Virus record (IMG/VR): IMGVR_UViG_3300017605_001089 | Span: 1 to 42,854 of that record | Length of the DNA stretch: 42,854 bases | Reading direction: 5' to 3' (one strand) | Origin: a virus | Shown here: positions 14,958 through 23,040 of the stretch, piece after piece | Numbering within the stretch: the stretch's first letter is position 1 | How the letters are laid out: each line of letters opens with the position of its first letter | Made by a program: the position numbers and the translations under genes | The notes under the pieces: generated by a model | The model's database searches: none | Told to the model about the DNA's origin: nothing | What the model saw: the letters and a program-made list of their open reading frames with translations, nothing else

Positions 14958-15530
14958 ATGGCGAAGCGCAGCGTGACAAGCTCTGGACAAAAGCTCCACG
15001 AATCCGCCCCGGCTCGCGGGCTGGCGAGGACGCCGGGCTGGAACGAGTACGCGCAGCGCGTCCGGGGCGAACTCGAGTACCTGAACGGGAAGGCCCCGAG
15101 CCTGACCGTTCCCGGCTACGACAACCGCGGCCAGCGGCACGTTCGCAACGATGGCGAGCGGCTCTCGGTGGAGCCGGCTCCGAAGCGCCGGGGCGCGACC
15201 GCGCTGAACCCTCGTTTCGTGGCTCAGGGCTCGGGCTCGAGGCGGTGCTCGATTTGCGCTGGACCGCACGCGGAGTACCGGTGCCCGATCCCGCCGGCGG
15301 AGAAGGCGCCCGCGGTGCTCGGCCTGCTCTCGGACCGGCAGGAGACGGCGCCGGCGCCGGCGAGCTACTGCGGGCGCGGCCGCGTGCTCGCGCTCCCGCC
15401 CGGGGCGTTCGGTTCGGACCTCGAGCGAGTGGGCCGGCTGGCGAAGCGGAAGCGGACGCGCGAGAACCTCGACGGCATGGACGCGCTCATCGCCGGCGCG
15501 CTCATGGGCGCGAAGCGGCGGCGCCGGTGA
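14958..15530 (+). CDS. Hypothetical protein with a CCHC knuckle-like motif
   Basis: ATG after GAGGGAGGGAG. Contains CSICAGPHAEYRC (C-x2-C-x3-H-x4-C). Confidence 0.65.
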   Translation: MAKRSVTSSGQKLHESAPARGLARTPGWNEYAQRVRGELEYLNGKAPSLTVPGYDNRGQRHVRNDGERLSVEPAPKRRGATALNPRFVAQGSGSRRCSICAGPHAEYRCPIPPAEKAPAVLGLLSDRQETAPAPASYCGRGRVLALPPGAFGSDLERVGRLAKRKRTRENLDGMDALIAGALMGAKRRRR

Positions 15531-15868
15531 GCACGCTCAGGGAGAAAGGCCGGCAGGAGTGGACCTCCTACGACAACGGCCTCGGCACGATCAACGCCGG
15601 GAACTTCCAGCGGATCGCGGACGCCTGCGAGAAGATGGCGGTGAACTTCCAGAGCATGACCGTCGCGCTCGAGGCGTCCCGGGAGGAAGTGAAACGCCTG
15701 CGCGAGCGGGCCGCACGGCTCGAGCGCAGGCTCCGGGCTCAGAAGGCGGCGACCACGCGCGCGAAGCGGGGACGCGTGCCTCGGCTCTTCGGGCGGTGGA
15801 AGCGCGAGGTCTCGAAGTTCGAGCGCGCCATCGCGAAGCGGGACCGGCTGGCGAAACGTGGTCGTTGA
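15527..15868 (+). CDS. Hypothetical basic coiled-coil protein
   Basis: GTGA overlap start. Confidence 0.6.
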   Translation: MSTLREKGRQEWTSYDNGLGTINAGNFQRIADACEKMAVNFQSMTVALEASREEVKRLRERAARLERRLRAQKAATTRAKRGRVPRLFGRWKREVSKFERAIAKRDRLAKRGR

Positions 15869-15892
15869 ACTCGAACAGGAAGGGAGGGAGTC

Positions 15893-16018
15893 TTGGCCGC
15901 GCTGGAAAGGGCGCTGCAAGCGCTCGCGAACGCTCCGCCGGCGGTGCTGCTCCTCGCAGCCGTGCTGGTCGGCGCCGCGTTCCTCTGGGCACTCGGTAGG
16001 TTGCTGAAGGTGGACTGA
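15893..16018 (+). CDS. Small single-pass membrane protein (41 aa), not in the ORF track
   Basis: TTG start 3-4 nt after GGAAGGGAGGGAG. Hand translation gives LAALERALQALANAPPAVLLLAAVLVGAAFLWALGRLLKVD. It fills an otherwise empty gap. Confidence 0.45.
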   Translation: MAALERALQALANAPPAVLLLAAVLVGAAFLWALGRLLKVD

Positions 16019-16049
16019 CGCCGCGAGAGCGGCAGGAAGGAAGGGCAAC

Positions 16050-16376
16050 GTGGGGAACTGGACGATCATCATCCACGGAGTCGGGCAGCACGGCGTGTTC
16101 CCGCCGAAGGCGGAGTACGCGAAGAACGTCGAGCAGAGCGCGCTCGAGATCGTGGAGAAGCTGCGCGCGGACGGCCAGACCGTGAGCGACTGCCTCGTGG
16201 TGGCTGGCGCCGCTTCGCGCATGTCCCTGCCGACGGTGACGGGCCTCGGCATCCTCGAGGCCTACGACGCGCGGACGCTCGAGCCGGCGCCGGTCGAACC
16301 GGTGAACGCCGCGGACGTGCCCGGCGGTCGTGGTGGGCACGGCGAGGACAGCGCGCCGCAGAAGGAAGTCGAGTAG
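16050..16376 (+). CDS. Hypothetical protein
   Basis: GTG start after GGAAGGAAGGG. Confidence 0.65.
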   Translation: MGNWTIIIHGVGQHGVFPPKAEYAKNVEQSALEIVEKLRADGQTVSDCLVVAGAASRMSLPTVTGLGILEAYDARTLEPAPVEPVNAADVPGGRGGHGEDSAPQKEVE

Positions 16377-16380
16377 CAGC

Positions 16381-16803
16381 GTGAAGAGCGGCGTCGCGGC
16401 AATGCTGGTGGCTCGGGCCCAAGCGCAGGAAGCGCACGGGCCCGGAGCCGGCCGCGTGAAGGGCGCGAAGGCGGACCTCTACAACGGGCGCCGCTACGCC
16501 TCGAAGCTCGAGGGCAAGGTCGCGCGCGAACTGGACTTCCTGAAGAGCCGCCGGCTCGTGCTGGACTGGAAGCCGCAGGTTCGCCTGAACATCGAAGTGC
16601 CGGCGCCGGCGTCGCACCCGGGAGAGCCGCGCCGCGTGACGTGGTACGCGGCGGACTTCTACGTCTGGCACCCGGACGGGCTCGAGGAGATCATCGAGGC
16701 GAAGGGCCACTGGACCGACTACGCGATCCTGAAGCGGAAAGTCTTCGAGGCAACGTGGCTCCGCGCGCACCCGGCCGTCCGGTACACTGTGCGGACCAAG
16801 TAG
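16381..16803 (+). CDS. DUF1064-like PD-(D/E)XK nuclease (putative Holliday-junction resolvase)
   Basis: YASKLEGKVARELDFL...WYAADFYVW...EIIEAKGHWTDYAILKRKVFE matches the DUF1064 pattern (F/Y-x-S-K-x-E ... Y-x-x-D-F ... E-x-K-G). Confidence 0.6.
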   Translation: MKSGVAAMLVARAQAQEAHGPGAGRVKGAKADLYNGRRYASKLEGKVARELDFLKSRRLVLDWKPQVRLNIEVPAPASHPGEPRRVTWYAADFYVWHPDGLEEIIEAKGHWTDYAILKRKVFEATWLRAHPAVRYTVRTK

Positions 16804-16805
16804 CA

Positions 16806-16839
16806 CGAGCGCGCGCGCACGCCGCGGGCGGCGCGCTCG
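16806..16839 (+). terminator. GC-rich hairpin (9-bp stem)
   Basis: CGAGCGCGC (16806-16814) pairs with GCGCGCTCG (16831-16839). Confidence 0.4.
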
Positions 16840-16862
16840 AGTCCTCGCGGCACGGGGGAAGC

Positions 16863-17291
16863 ATGAAGCACTTCGGGAAGGTGTCGCTGCTCCTGCTCGG
16901 TCTCATCCTCGGCGCGGTCCTCGGCCTCGGACTCTTCGCCGGGCCCGCGTTCGCCTGCTCCGCTCACGGATGCGGGCCGGATTCGTACTGCTCCGGCGGC
17001 GTCGTGGAGGGAATCTTTTGCGTCGCCATCGAAGAGGGCGGCGTCAGGACGTGCGGACAGTATGCGTGCGAAGGCGGCGGCGGTGGCGGGCAGCACGACT
17101 GGCCGCTGACCTACACGCTCCCGCAGGTGGAAGGCGCCCCCGCGCCCAAGATCGACCGCTTCAAGGGCATGACGCTGGCGCAGGCCCTCGCGGCCTGCTC
17201 GGTGACCCCGGGTTGCACCATGTCGTCCGGCGACCAAGTGCTCATGCGCCGGGCCCCGACGTGGGGCGCGCTGAAGATCAAGTACCGATAA
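16863..17291 (+). CDS. Secreted Cys/Gly-rich protein (signal peptide; possible lipoprotein)
   Basis: N-terminus MKHFGKVSLLLLGLILGAVLGLGLFAGPAFAC, followed by eight more Cys residues. Confidence 0.7.
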   Translation: MKHFGKVSLLLLGLILGAVLGLGLFAGPAFACSAHGCGPDSYCSGGVVEGIFCVAIEEGGVRTCGQYACEGGGGGGQHDWPLTYTLPQVEGAPAPKIDRFKGMTLAQALAACSVTPGCTMSSGDQVLMRRAPTWGALKIKYR

Positions 17292-17298
17292 CTGCGAC

Positions 17299-17324
17299 GG
17301 GGCCCGCGTATGGGCGCGGGCCCC
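17299..17324 (+). terminator. GC-rich hairpin (10-bp perfect stem, 6-nt loop)
   Basis: GGGGCCCGCG tatggg CGCGGGCCCC. Confidence 0.5.
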
Positions 17325-17347
17325 GCTCGCCGAAGGAGACCCCTCGC

Positions 17348-17656
17348 ATGAAACTGCACACGCTTTGGACCGGCTTCCGCCTCGCGGTGGTCGGGCTCTG
17401 CGCTCTCGAGCTTCTCGCCGGTTGCTCCACGCGGGTCGAGGTTGAGAGCGACACGATCTGGACGCGCCGCGTCGGCTCCTCGCTGAGCTACGGCGAAGGG
17501 AACGCCAGCTTCGAGGTCTCGCGCAACGGTTGCTGGACGTTCACGAAGGACGATTCGGCCGGCTACCTGCGCGCGCGCCTGAAGCACGGCTCGAGGCCGG
17601 ACCCGTGGAACGAAACGACGGCGCCCTTCGGGACCGTCGAGGTCTGCTCGAAGTGA
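17348..17656 (+). CDS. Lipoprotein (lipobox LLAGC)
   Basis: N-terminus MKLHTLWTGFRLAVVGLCALELLAGCSTR. AAGGAG lies 10 nt upstream. Confidence 0.75.
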   Translation: MKLHTLWTGFRLAVVGLCALELLAGCSTRVEVESDTIWTRRVGSSLSYGEGNASFEVSRNGCWTFTKDDSAGYLRARLKHGSRPDPWNETTAPFGTVEVCSK

Positions 17657-17883
17657 GGATCGGGACCGGCCTGCTCGTTTGGTTCGTCCGCGAGGACGGC
17701 GTGGTCGCCTCCCGTGAACTCGCCGAGGTCTCGGACTGCTTCACGACCGAGGAGGAGGCGCACGCGGCCTCGGCCGCGGGGATCTCCGAGCGCATCGACC
17801 GCTACACTCGCCGAGCGAACGAACTGCGCGACCACGCGGCCTCGCTCGGGCTCACCCTGAACACGAAGGAGACGCCGCGATGA
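17653..17883 (+). CDS. Hypothetical protein
   Basis: GTGA overlap start. Confidence 0.55.
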   Translation: MRIGTGLLVWFVREDGVVASRELAEVSDCFTTEEEAHAASAAGISERIDRYTRRANELRDHAASLGLTLNTKETPR

Positions 17884-18086
17884 AGCTCGACGCATCGACC
17901 CCGTGCTGGACCGTCCGCGCGGAGGACTTCGCCGTCGTGGGATGCTCGGTCGCGAGCGCCGGCGCGCAGGACGTGTACACGTCGCTGGCCGAGGCGGTGG
18001 CGGCGAAGGATGCCGCGCTCGAAGCGAAGGCCGCCGCGCTGGACGCGCAGGCCGCGGACCTCAGGCGCCGGCGGGGGACGCCGTGA
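17880..18086 (+). CDS. Hypothetical protein
   Basis: ATGA overlap start. Confidence 0.6.
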   Translation: MKLDASTPCWTVRAEDFAVVGCSVASAGAQDVYTSLAEAVAAKDAALEAKAAALDAQAADLRRRRGTP

Positions 18087-18295
18087 GCCGGCGCAGCCGG
18101 GGCCCTCGCCGCTGGCAGCGCCGATGCTCGGCCCGCATGATCCAGCACCTTGCCGGCCCGGTGGTCTCGGAGTTCCTCCGGGCCTTCGCTGAGAGCGTCC
18201 GCGAGATCTGCGCGCGGTGGAAGTCCGACCTCGGCATCGCCGAGCCGGGCGAAGGCGTGGACCTGCCGGAAGGCAACGGACCGGGGGGATGGTGA
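18083..18295 (+). CDS. Hypothetical protein
   Basis: GTGA overlap start. Alternative ATG at 18137. Confidence 0.5.
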   Translation: MSRRSRGPRRWQRRCSARMIQHLAGPVVSEFLRAFAESVREICARWKSDLGIAEPGEGVDLPEGNGPGGW

Positions 18296-18609
18296 AGCTC
18301 CCGCCCACGCTCAGCGCGCGCCAGTTCCGCGCCCTCGAGATCCTCGAGGCGAACCCCGGCGTCCGGCCGCGCGAGTTCGCCCGGCACTTCTGGCCGGACT
18401 CTCCCGGCTGGATGCGCGCGTGCAAGTGCGGGCCGAACGGCTCGCACCGAGGCGGCGGCATGTACCTCGCCGGCGGCGGCTACCTCGGGAAGCTCTTCAA
18501 CGCCGGGCTCGCCGTGGTGGACTCGGGCGGCTCGCGCTACGGGCGCGGCTACGCGCTCTCGCCGGCTGGCCGGAAGGCCCTCGAGAAGCGCCGGGCGGCG
18601 GCCGCGTGA
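18289..18609 (+). CDS. Winged-helix-like DNA-binding protein (putative)
   Basis: ATG at 18289. LSARQFRALEILEANPGVRPREFARHF resembles a wHTH. Confidence 0.55.
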   Translation: MVKLPPTLSARQFRALEILEANPGVRPREFARHFWPDSPGWMRACKCGPNGSHRGGGMYLAGGGYLGKLFNAGLAVVDSGGSRYGRGYALSPAGRKALEKRRAAAA

Positions 18610-19031
18610 CGAAGCCGAGGCCGGAGCCCACGCCGGAGGAGAAGGCCGCCCGGGCGGAGCGCGCCAGAGCGAATGGAAGGCTCGGCGGTAGACCACCGAA
18701 AACGGCGTGGAACGAGGAGCAGAAGCTCAAGGCGAAGGCCCGTGAAAAGGGCGAGAGCGCACTGTGTTTGCTCATGGACTACTGGATCGAACTGGTCGAG
18801 GGGAAGCACGCCGCGGCCACGCACGACCACCGGCTCAGGGCCGCCGAGAACATCGCGAACCGGTGCGGCCTGCCCATCCGGACTGAGCAGAACGTGACGC
18901 CGGGCCTGCCGGCGAAGTCCGTCTTCCTGCTCTCGTGGACTGACCCGGACGGCACCGAGCATCGGCTCCCGTCGACGCCGGACACTATCGGCGCAGCGGA
19001 CGAGCAGGCCGGCGCCTCGGCCGGTTCGTGA
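18606..19031 (+). CDS. Terminase small subunit (putative)
   Basis: Lies immediately upstream of TerL and is translationally coupled to it. Small basic protein with a GGRPPK HTH-like N-terminus. Confidence 0.5.
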   Translation: MTKPRPEPTPEEKAARAERARANGRLGGRPPKTAWNEEQKLKAKAREKGESALCLLMDYWIELVEGKHAAATHDHRLRAAENIANRCGLPIRTEQNVTPGLPAKSVFLLSWTDPDGTEHRLPSTPDTIGAADEQAGASAGS

Positions 19032-20485
19032 GCCGGCGGACCTTCCGCCCGAACTCCGAGCCGCAGGCCCGCTTCTTCGCTTCGCGCGCGCTCGAGATCC
19101 TCCTCTCCTCGGGCTTCGGCAAGGGGAAGAGCCGCGTGCTCTGCGAGAAGGCCGACCTACTGTGCCGGCTCTTCCCGAGGAATCTCGTGGTGCTGGCGCG
19201 GAAAACGCTGGCGAGCATGTGGGCGACGACCCTGCGCGTGCTGCTCGAGGAAGTGATTGACGAGGAGCACCGGGCGTGGGGATGGAAGGCGCACGCGCCC
19301 GGGGGCGCGACGCTGCTCTATCCCAACGGCTCCGAACTGCTCTGCGTCGGGCTGGACAATCCGGGCCGCGCGCTCTCGGCGGCGTTCGGTGGAGCCTTCA
19401 TCGACCAAGCCGAGGAATGCACCGAGGAGGAGGCCGGCGAGCCCGGGCTCATGGGCCGCCTGCGCCTGAACCGCGTGCCGTTCCGCCAGTGGGGCGCCGC
19501 GGTGAACCCGGGGCCGCCGACGCACTGGATCTGCAAGCGCTTCCGCCCCGACCTCGTGTCCGCCGGCGGTCACCGGGAGTTCCGCACGCGCGAGCCGATC
19601 ACGCTTCCGGGCGGCTCCACGATCCCGGCCGGCTACCTGCTCCGCCAGACCTTCGTGAGCGGCAAGGCCGACAACTACTCGAACCTGCCAACGGACTACA
19701 AAATCAGGCTCGCGAACATGCGCGGCCGCTACCGCCTGCGCTTCGTGGACGGCCTGTGGGTCGCCTTCGAGGGCCAGATCTACGACAACTGGCTCGAGGA
19801 ACTGCACGTCGTTGACCGGCCGGCGAACTGGCCGGGCGGCTTCCCGCCGCTCTCGTGGCCGCGCTACCGCTCAATCGACTTCGGCTTCGAGCACCCGTTC
19901 GTCTGTCAGTGGTGGGCGCGCGACCCGGGCGGCGCCTACTGGCTCTACCGCGAGATCTACCAAACGCACCGGTCGATTGACGAGCACGCCGAGCAGATCC
20001 GCGAGCTTCAGCGCGAAGAGGTTCGAGCCCTGCGCGCCGAGGAGTACCGGGCCCAGAGCGCCGACACGGCGTCCGAGGTTCAGGCGATCAACCGCCGCTT
20101 GCGCCGGCTGGACTTCGAGCTTTCGGTGGCGGACCACGACCGCGGCGAGCGCGAGTTCCTCGAGAAGCACGGCATCAGCACGGACCCGGCCGAGAAGCGG
20201 GACGTGACGGCCGGGATTCAAACCGTGTACGCTCTATTGCAGCCGGACGCGAACGGCCTCCCTCGCCTGCGCTTCGTGCGCGACGCTCGCGTAGAGCCGG
20301 ACCCGTTCCTCGAGGAGAATCAAAAGCCCACGAGCACGGTCGAGGCGATGCCCGGCTACCGCTGGAAGATGCCCTCGCGCGAGGGCGTGGGGACGAAGGA
20401 AGAGCCGATCAAGGTTGACGACGACGGGCCCGACGCGGTCCGGATGCTCTTCGAGTCCCTGCGCGTGTCGGAGATGCTTTACTGA
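19028..20485 (+). CDS. terL: Terminase large subunit
   Basis: Walker A-like GFGKGKS near the N-terminus. Size (485 aa) and position before the portal gene. GTGA overlap start. Confidence 0.8.
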   Translation: MSRRTFRPNSEPQARFFASRALEILLSSGFGKGKSRVLCEKADLLCRLFPRNLVVLARKTLASMWATTLRVLLEEVIDEEHRAWGWKAHAPGGATLLYPNGSELLCVGLDNPGRALSAAFGGAFIDQAEECTEEEAGEPGLMGRLRLNRVPFRQWGAAVNPGPPTHWICKRFRPDLVSAGGHREFRTREPITLPGGSTIPAGYLLRQTFVSGKADNYSNLPTDYKIRLANMRGRYRLRFVDGLWVAFEGQIYDNWLEELHVVDRPANWPGGFPPLSWPRYRSIDFGFEHPFVCQWWARDPGGAYWLYREIYQTHRSIDEHAEQIRELQREEVRALRAEEYRAQSADTASEVQAINRRLRRLDFELSVADHDRGEREFLEKHGISTDPAEKRDVTAGIQTVYALLQPDANGLPRLRFVRDARVEPDPFLEENQKPTSTVEAMPGYRWKMPSREGVGTKEEPIKVDDDGPDAVRMLFESLRVSEMLY

Positions 20486-20495
20486 CGGAGGCCCG

Positions 20496-22889
20496 GTGAG
20501 CTTGCTCGGACGTGTCGCCCGCTTGTTCTCCTTCACGGACGGGCGCGCGGCGCCTGAAGCGAAGCTGCCGGACGTCTCGCCGGAACTCTCCGCCCTCCTG
20601 AACCTCGAGCGAGCGATGAGGAGCGAGCGCCAGCACGACCTCGTGAGCTACCGCGGCCGCCAGTGGCGCGCCTCGCCCGACCTGATCCTGCCCGGCTCCG
20701 AGTTCACGCCTTTCATGATGGAAGACGAGTCGATGCCGCCGCACAAGGCGGTCTCGGTGATCCCGACCGTGTACGGATGCGTGGACCTCCTGAAGAACGC
20801 GCTCGCGAAGCTCCCGCTGCGCTTCTACCTCGGGCAAAACGAGAAGCGCGTCGAGGTTGACCCCGAGCCCGGGAACGTGGTCTGGCTCTTCCAGAACCCG
20901 AGCGTCGGCGGGCGCAACGAGAGCGGCTTCGAGATCATCGAGCAGATCTGCGCGTCGCTGGACCTCGACGGGAACGCCTACCTGTTCATGGACGCGCCGG
21001 CGACGGGCATCGTGGACGAACTGACCGTTCTCCCGGCGCACCTGACGACGCCGATTGCCGGGCCCGGGAACACGGTCGCGCGGTATGAAGTGAAGTGGGC
21101 AGGGAAGACGATCAAGATCGCGCCCGAGCAAATCATCCACTTCCGCTACTGGTCGCCCTTCGTGAGCCTCAAGGGCATGTCGCCGATGGGCGCCGCGTCC
21201 CTGAGCTACAAAACGCAGCGGCTCGCGCAGCGGTGGAACTTCTCAATCCTCGAGCGCGGCGGCGAGGCGTCCGGCTACTTCACGAGCGAGCAGCAGAGCA
21301 CGGACACCACGAAGCGCGACCGCCTCGAGCTTTCGATTCGCCAGCGCTACCGGGGCCCGGAGCACGCCGGCCGGCCCATCGTGCTTCCGCGCGGCCTGAA
21401 GCGGGAAAGCTCCATGCTCTCGCACAAGGATCTCGAGTTCATCGCCGCGTACAAGCTCACGAAGCAGGACGTCTTCGAGGTCTTCAGCATCCCGCCGTGG
21501 ATGAAGGGCCTGAAGGAAGGCGGCGCGCTCGGGGACTCGGGCGCCGGCACCGACGAGCGGCTCTTCTGGGAGAACGCCGTCGAGCCGCGGGCGCTGCGAA
21601 TCGCGAAGGCGATCACGACGAAGATGCTCCACCGGATCTCGCCCGACCTCTCGTGCGAGTTCGACCTCTCGCGCGTGTTCGCGCTTCAGAAGGTCCGCCT
21701 CGAGCGCGCGAAGGCAATCCGCGAGGCGCTCGGCGTGCCGTATTGGAGTGTGAACGAGGCGCGCGAGGAGGACGGCCTGCCGCCGTTCCCGGGCAAAGAG
21801 TTCGACCTCCCGCCGAAGCAGATCGCACCCGGGGCCCCGGGCGGCGCCGGCGCCGGCGAGGACAAGCCGGCTGCGGACAAGTCCGAGCCGAAGCCGAAGG
21901 ACGAGGCGAAAGCGCGCGCAGCCGAGCCGGCAAGCGACCCGGACGCGCGCGAGCGGGCCCGCGCCGCGGCCCGGGCCCGGCACGACGCCGGCCTGAGCAA
22001 GTGGGAGAGGAAGTTCGAGCGGCTCTGGCGGCGCATCCTCACCGGGCAGGAGCGCGGCATCCTGAGCGCGCTCGAGGACGGGCAGGCGGCCACGGTGCCG
22101 GCCGGCCAGTGGAGCCCGGAGGAACTCGAGGGCCTCGTGCGTGAGGCCCGGCTCGAGTGCGTGCGCGTGCTGGACCTCGATACCTACCTCGCCGAAGACG
22201 ACCCGGACGACCTCGCCCTGATCCGCTCCGCGCTCGAGGCGCTCATCGAGGCCCGCGGCGCGGACGCTCTGGCCGAGCTTGGGATCAAGCTCGACCTTGA
22301 CCTGAACGCGGCGCACGCGGCGACCTTCGTGGAGAAGCACTCGCTCCGGGCGCTCGCGGACGTGAACAAGACCACGAAGATCGCCCTGCGCGAGAGCATC
22401 TCCGAGGGCCTCGCGAAGCAGGAAGGCCTGAGCGAGATCACGGCCCGCATCCGCTCCGTGTTCGAGGACCGCCGCGCGAACGCGCAGACCATCGCCCGCA
22501 CCGAAACGAACCCGGCCTACCAGTTCGCCACGTCCGAGGCGTGGGACCAGAGCGGCATCGTGGAGGGGAAGGAGTGGGTCACGATCCAAGACGACGCCAC
22601 GCGGCCGGAGCACGCGGACGCGGACGTCGACGGGCAGGTTCGCGGCCTCGATGAACCGTTCCTCGTGGCCGGCGAGTCGCTCGACTTCCCGGGCGACCCG
22701 GACCACGGCTCCGCGTGGAACGTCATAAACTGCCGCTGTGGTATGCTCGCGGTGCTGAAGGAAGATGCTCGCGTGAGCCCGGCGGCGCGGTGGCTCGCTC
22801 GAGGACTGAAGAAGGGCCCTCGCCCCGCCGCGTCGAGTAATCGCCTGAAGGAATACTTCGCGGGAAATGGGACGAACGGGCACCACTGA
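20496..22889 (+). CDS. Portal protein fused to a Mu F / SPP1 gp7-like head-morphogenesis domain
   Basis: GTG start 4 nt after GGAGG. The first roughly 450 aa are assigned as portal by position and size. The C-terminus carries RTETNPAY...ATRPEHADADVDG...NCRC, which is the MuF signature. Confidence 0.7.
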   Translation: MSLLGRVARLFSFTDGRAAPEAKLPDVSPELSALLNLERAMRSERQHDLVSYRGRQWRASPDLILPGSEFTPFMMEDESMPPHKAVSVIPTVYGCVDLLKNALAKLPLRFYLGQNEKRVEVDPEPGNVVWLFQNPSVGGRNESGFEIIEQICASLDLDGNAYLFMDAPATGIVDELTVLPAHLTTPIAGPGNTVARYEVKWAGKTIKIAPEQIIHFRYWSPFVSLKGMSPMGAASLSYKTQRLAQRWNFSILERGGEASGYFTSEQQSTDTTKRDRLELSIRQRYRGPEHAGRPIVLPRGLKRESSMLSHKDLEFIAAYKLTKQDVFEVFSIPPWMKGLKEGGALGDSGAGTDERLFWENAVEPRALRIAKAITTKMLHRISPDLSCEFDLSRVFALQKVRLERAKAIREALGVPYWSVNEAREEDGLPPFPGKEFDLPPKQIAPGAPGGAGAGEDKPAADKSEPKPKDEAKARAAEPASDPDARERARAAARARHDAGLSKWERKFERLWRRILTGQERGILSALEDGQAATVPAGQWSPEELEGLVREARLECVRVLDLDTYLAEDDPDDLALIRSALEALIEARGADALAELGIKLDLDLNAAHAATFVEKHSLRALADVNKTTKIALRESISEGLAKQEGLSEITARIRSVFEDRRANAQTIARTETNPAYQFATSEAWDQSGIVEGKEWVTIQDDATRPEHADADVDGQVRGLDEPFLVAGESLDFPGDPDHGSAWNVINCRCGMLAVLKEDARVSPAARWLARGLKKGPRPAASSNRLKEYFAGNGTNGHH

Positions 22890-23040
22890 GACTCGGGAAG
22901 TAGCCTGCCCGAAGTGCCGTGAGCGGTTCGAGGTTTCGGCCTCTGCGCTCAAGGCGGTCTGCCCACGATGCGGCGGGCCCGTCCGCGCCGTCCCGGGAAC
23001 TGCGAAGAGCCTCGAAGCTCACCGGGGGAAAAGCCGATGA
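22867..23040 (+). CDS. Small zinc-ribbon protein (57 aa), not in the ORF track
   Basis: Hand translation gives MGRTGTTETREVACPKCRERFEVSASALKAVCPRCGGPVRAVPGTAKSLEAHRGKSR, i.e. CPKC-x16-CPRC. Its stop forms an ATGA overlap with the next gene. Confidence 0.5.
   Translation: MGRTGTTETREVACPKCRERFEVSASALKAVCPRCGGPVRAVPGTAKSLEAHRGKSR

Noticed and set aside
18760-18800. Slightly AT-richer stretch with ACTGG repeated 10 nt apart inside the putative small-terminase gene, considered as a pac site
   Set aside because: There are only two short repeats and a weak compositional dip. That is not enough to separate it from chance without terminus mapping.
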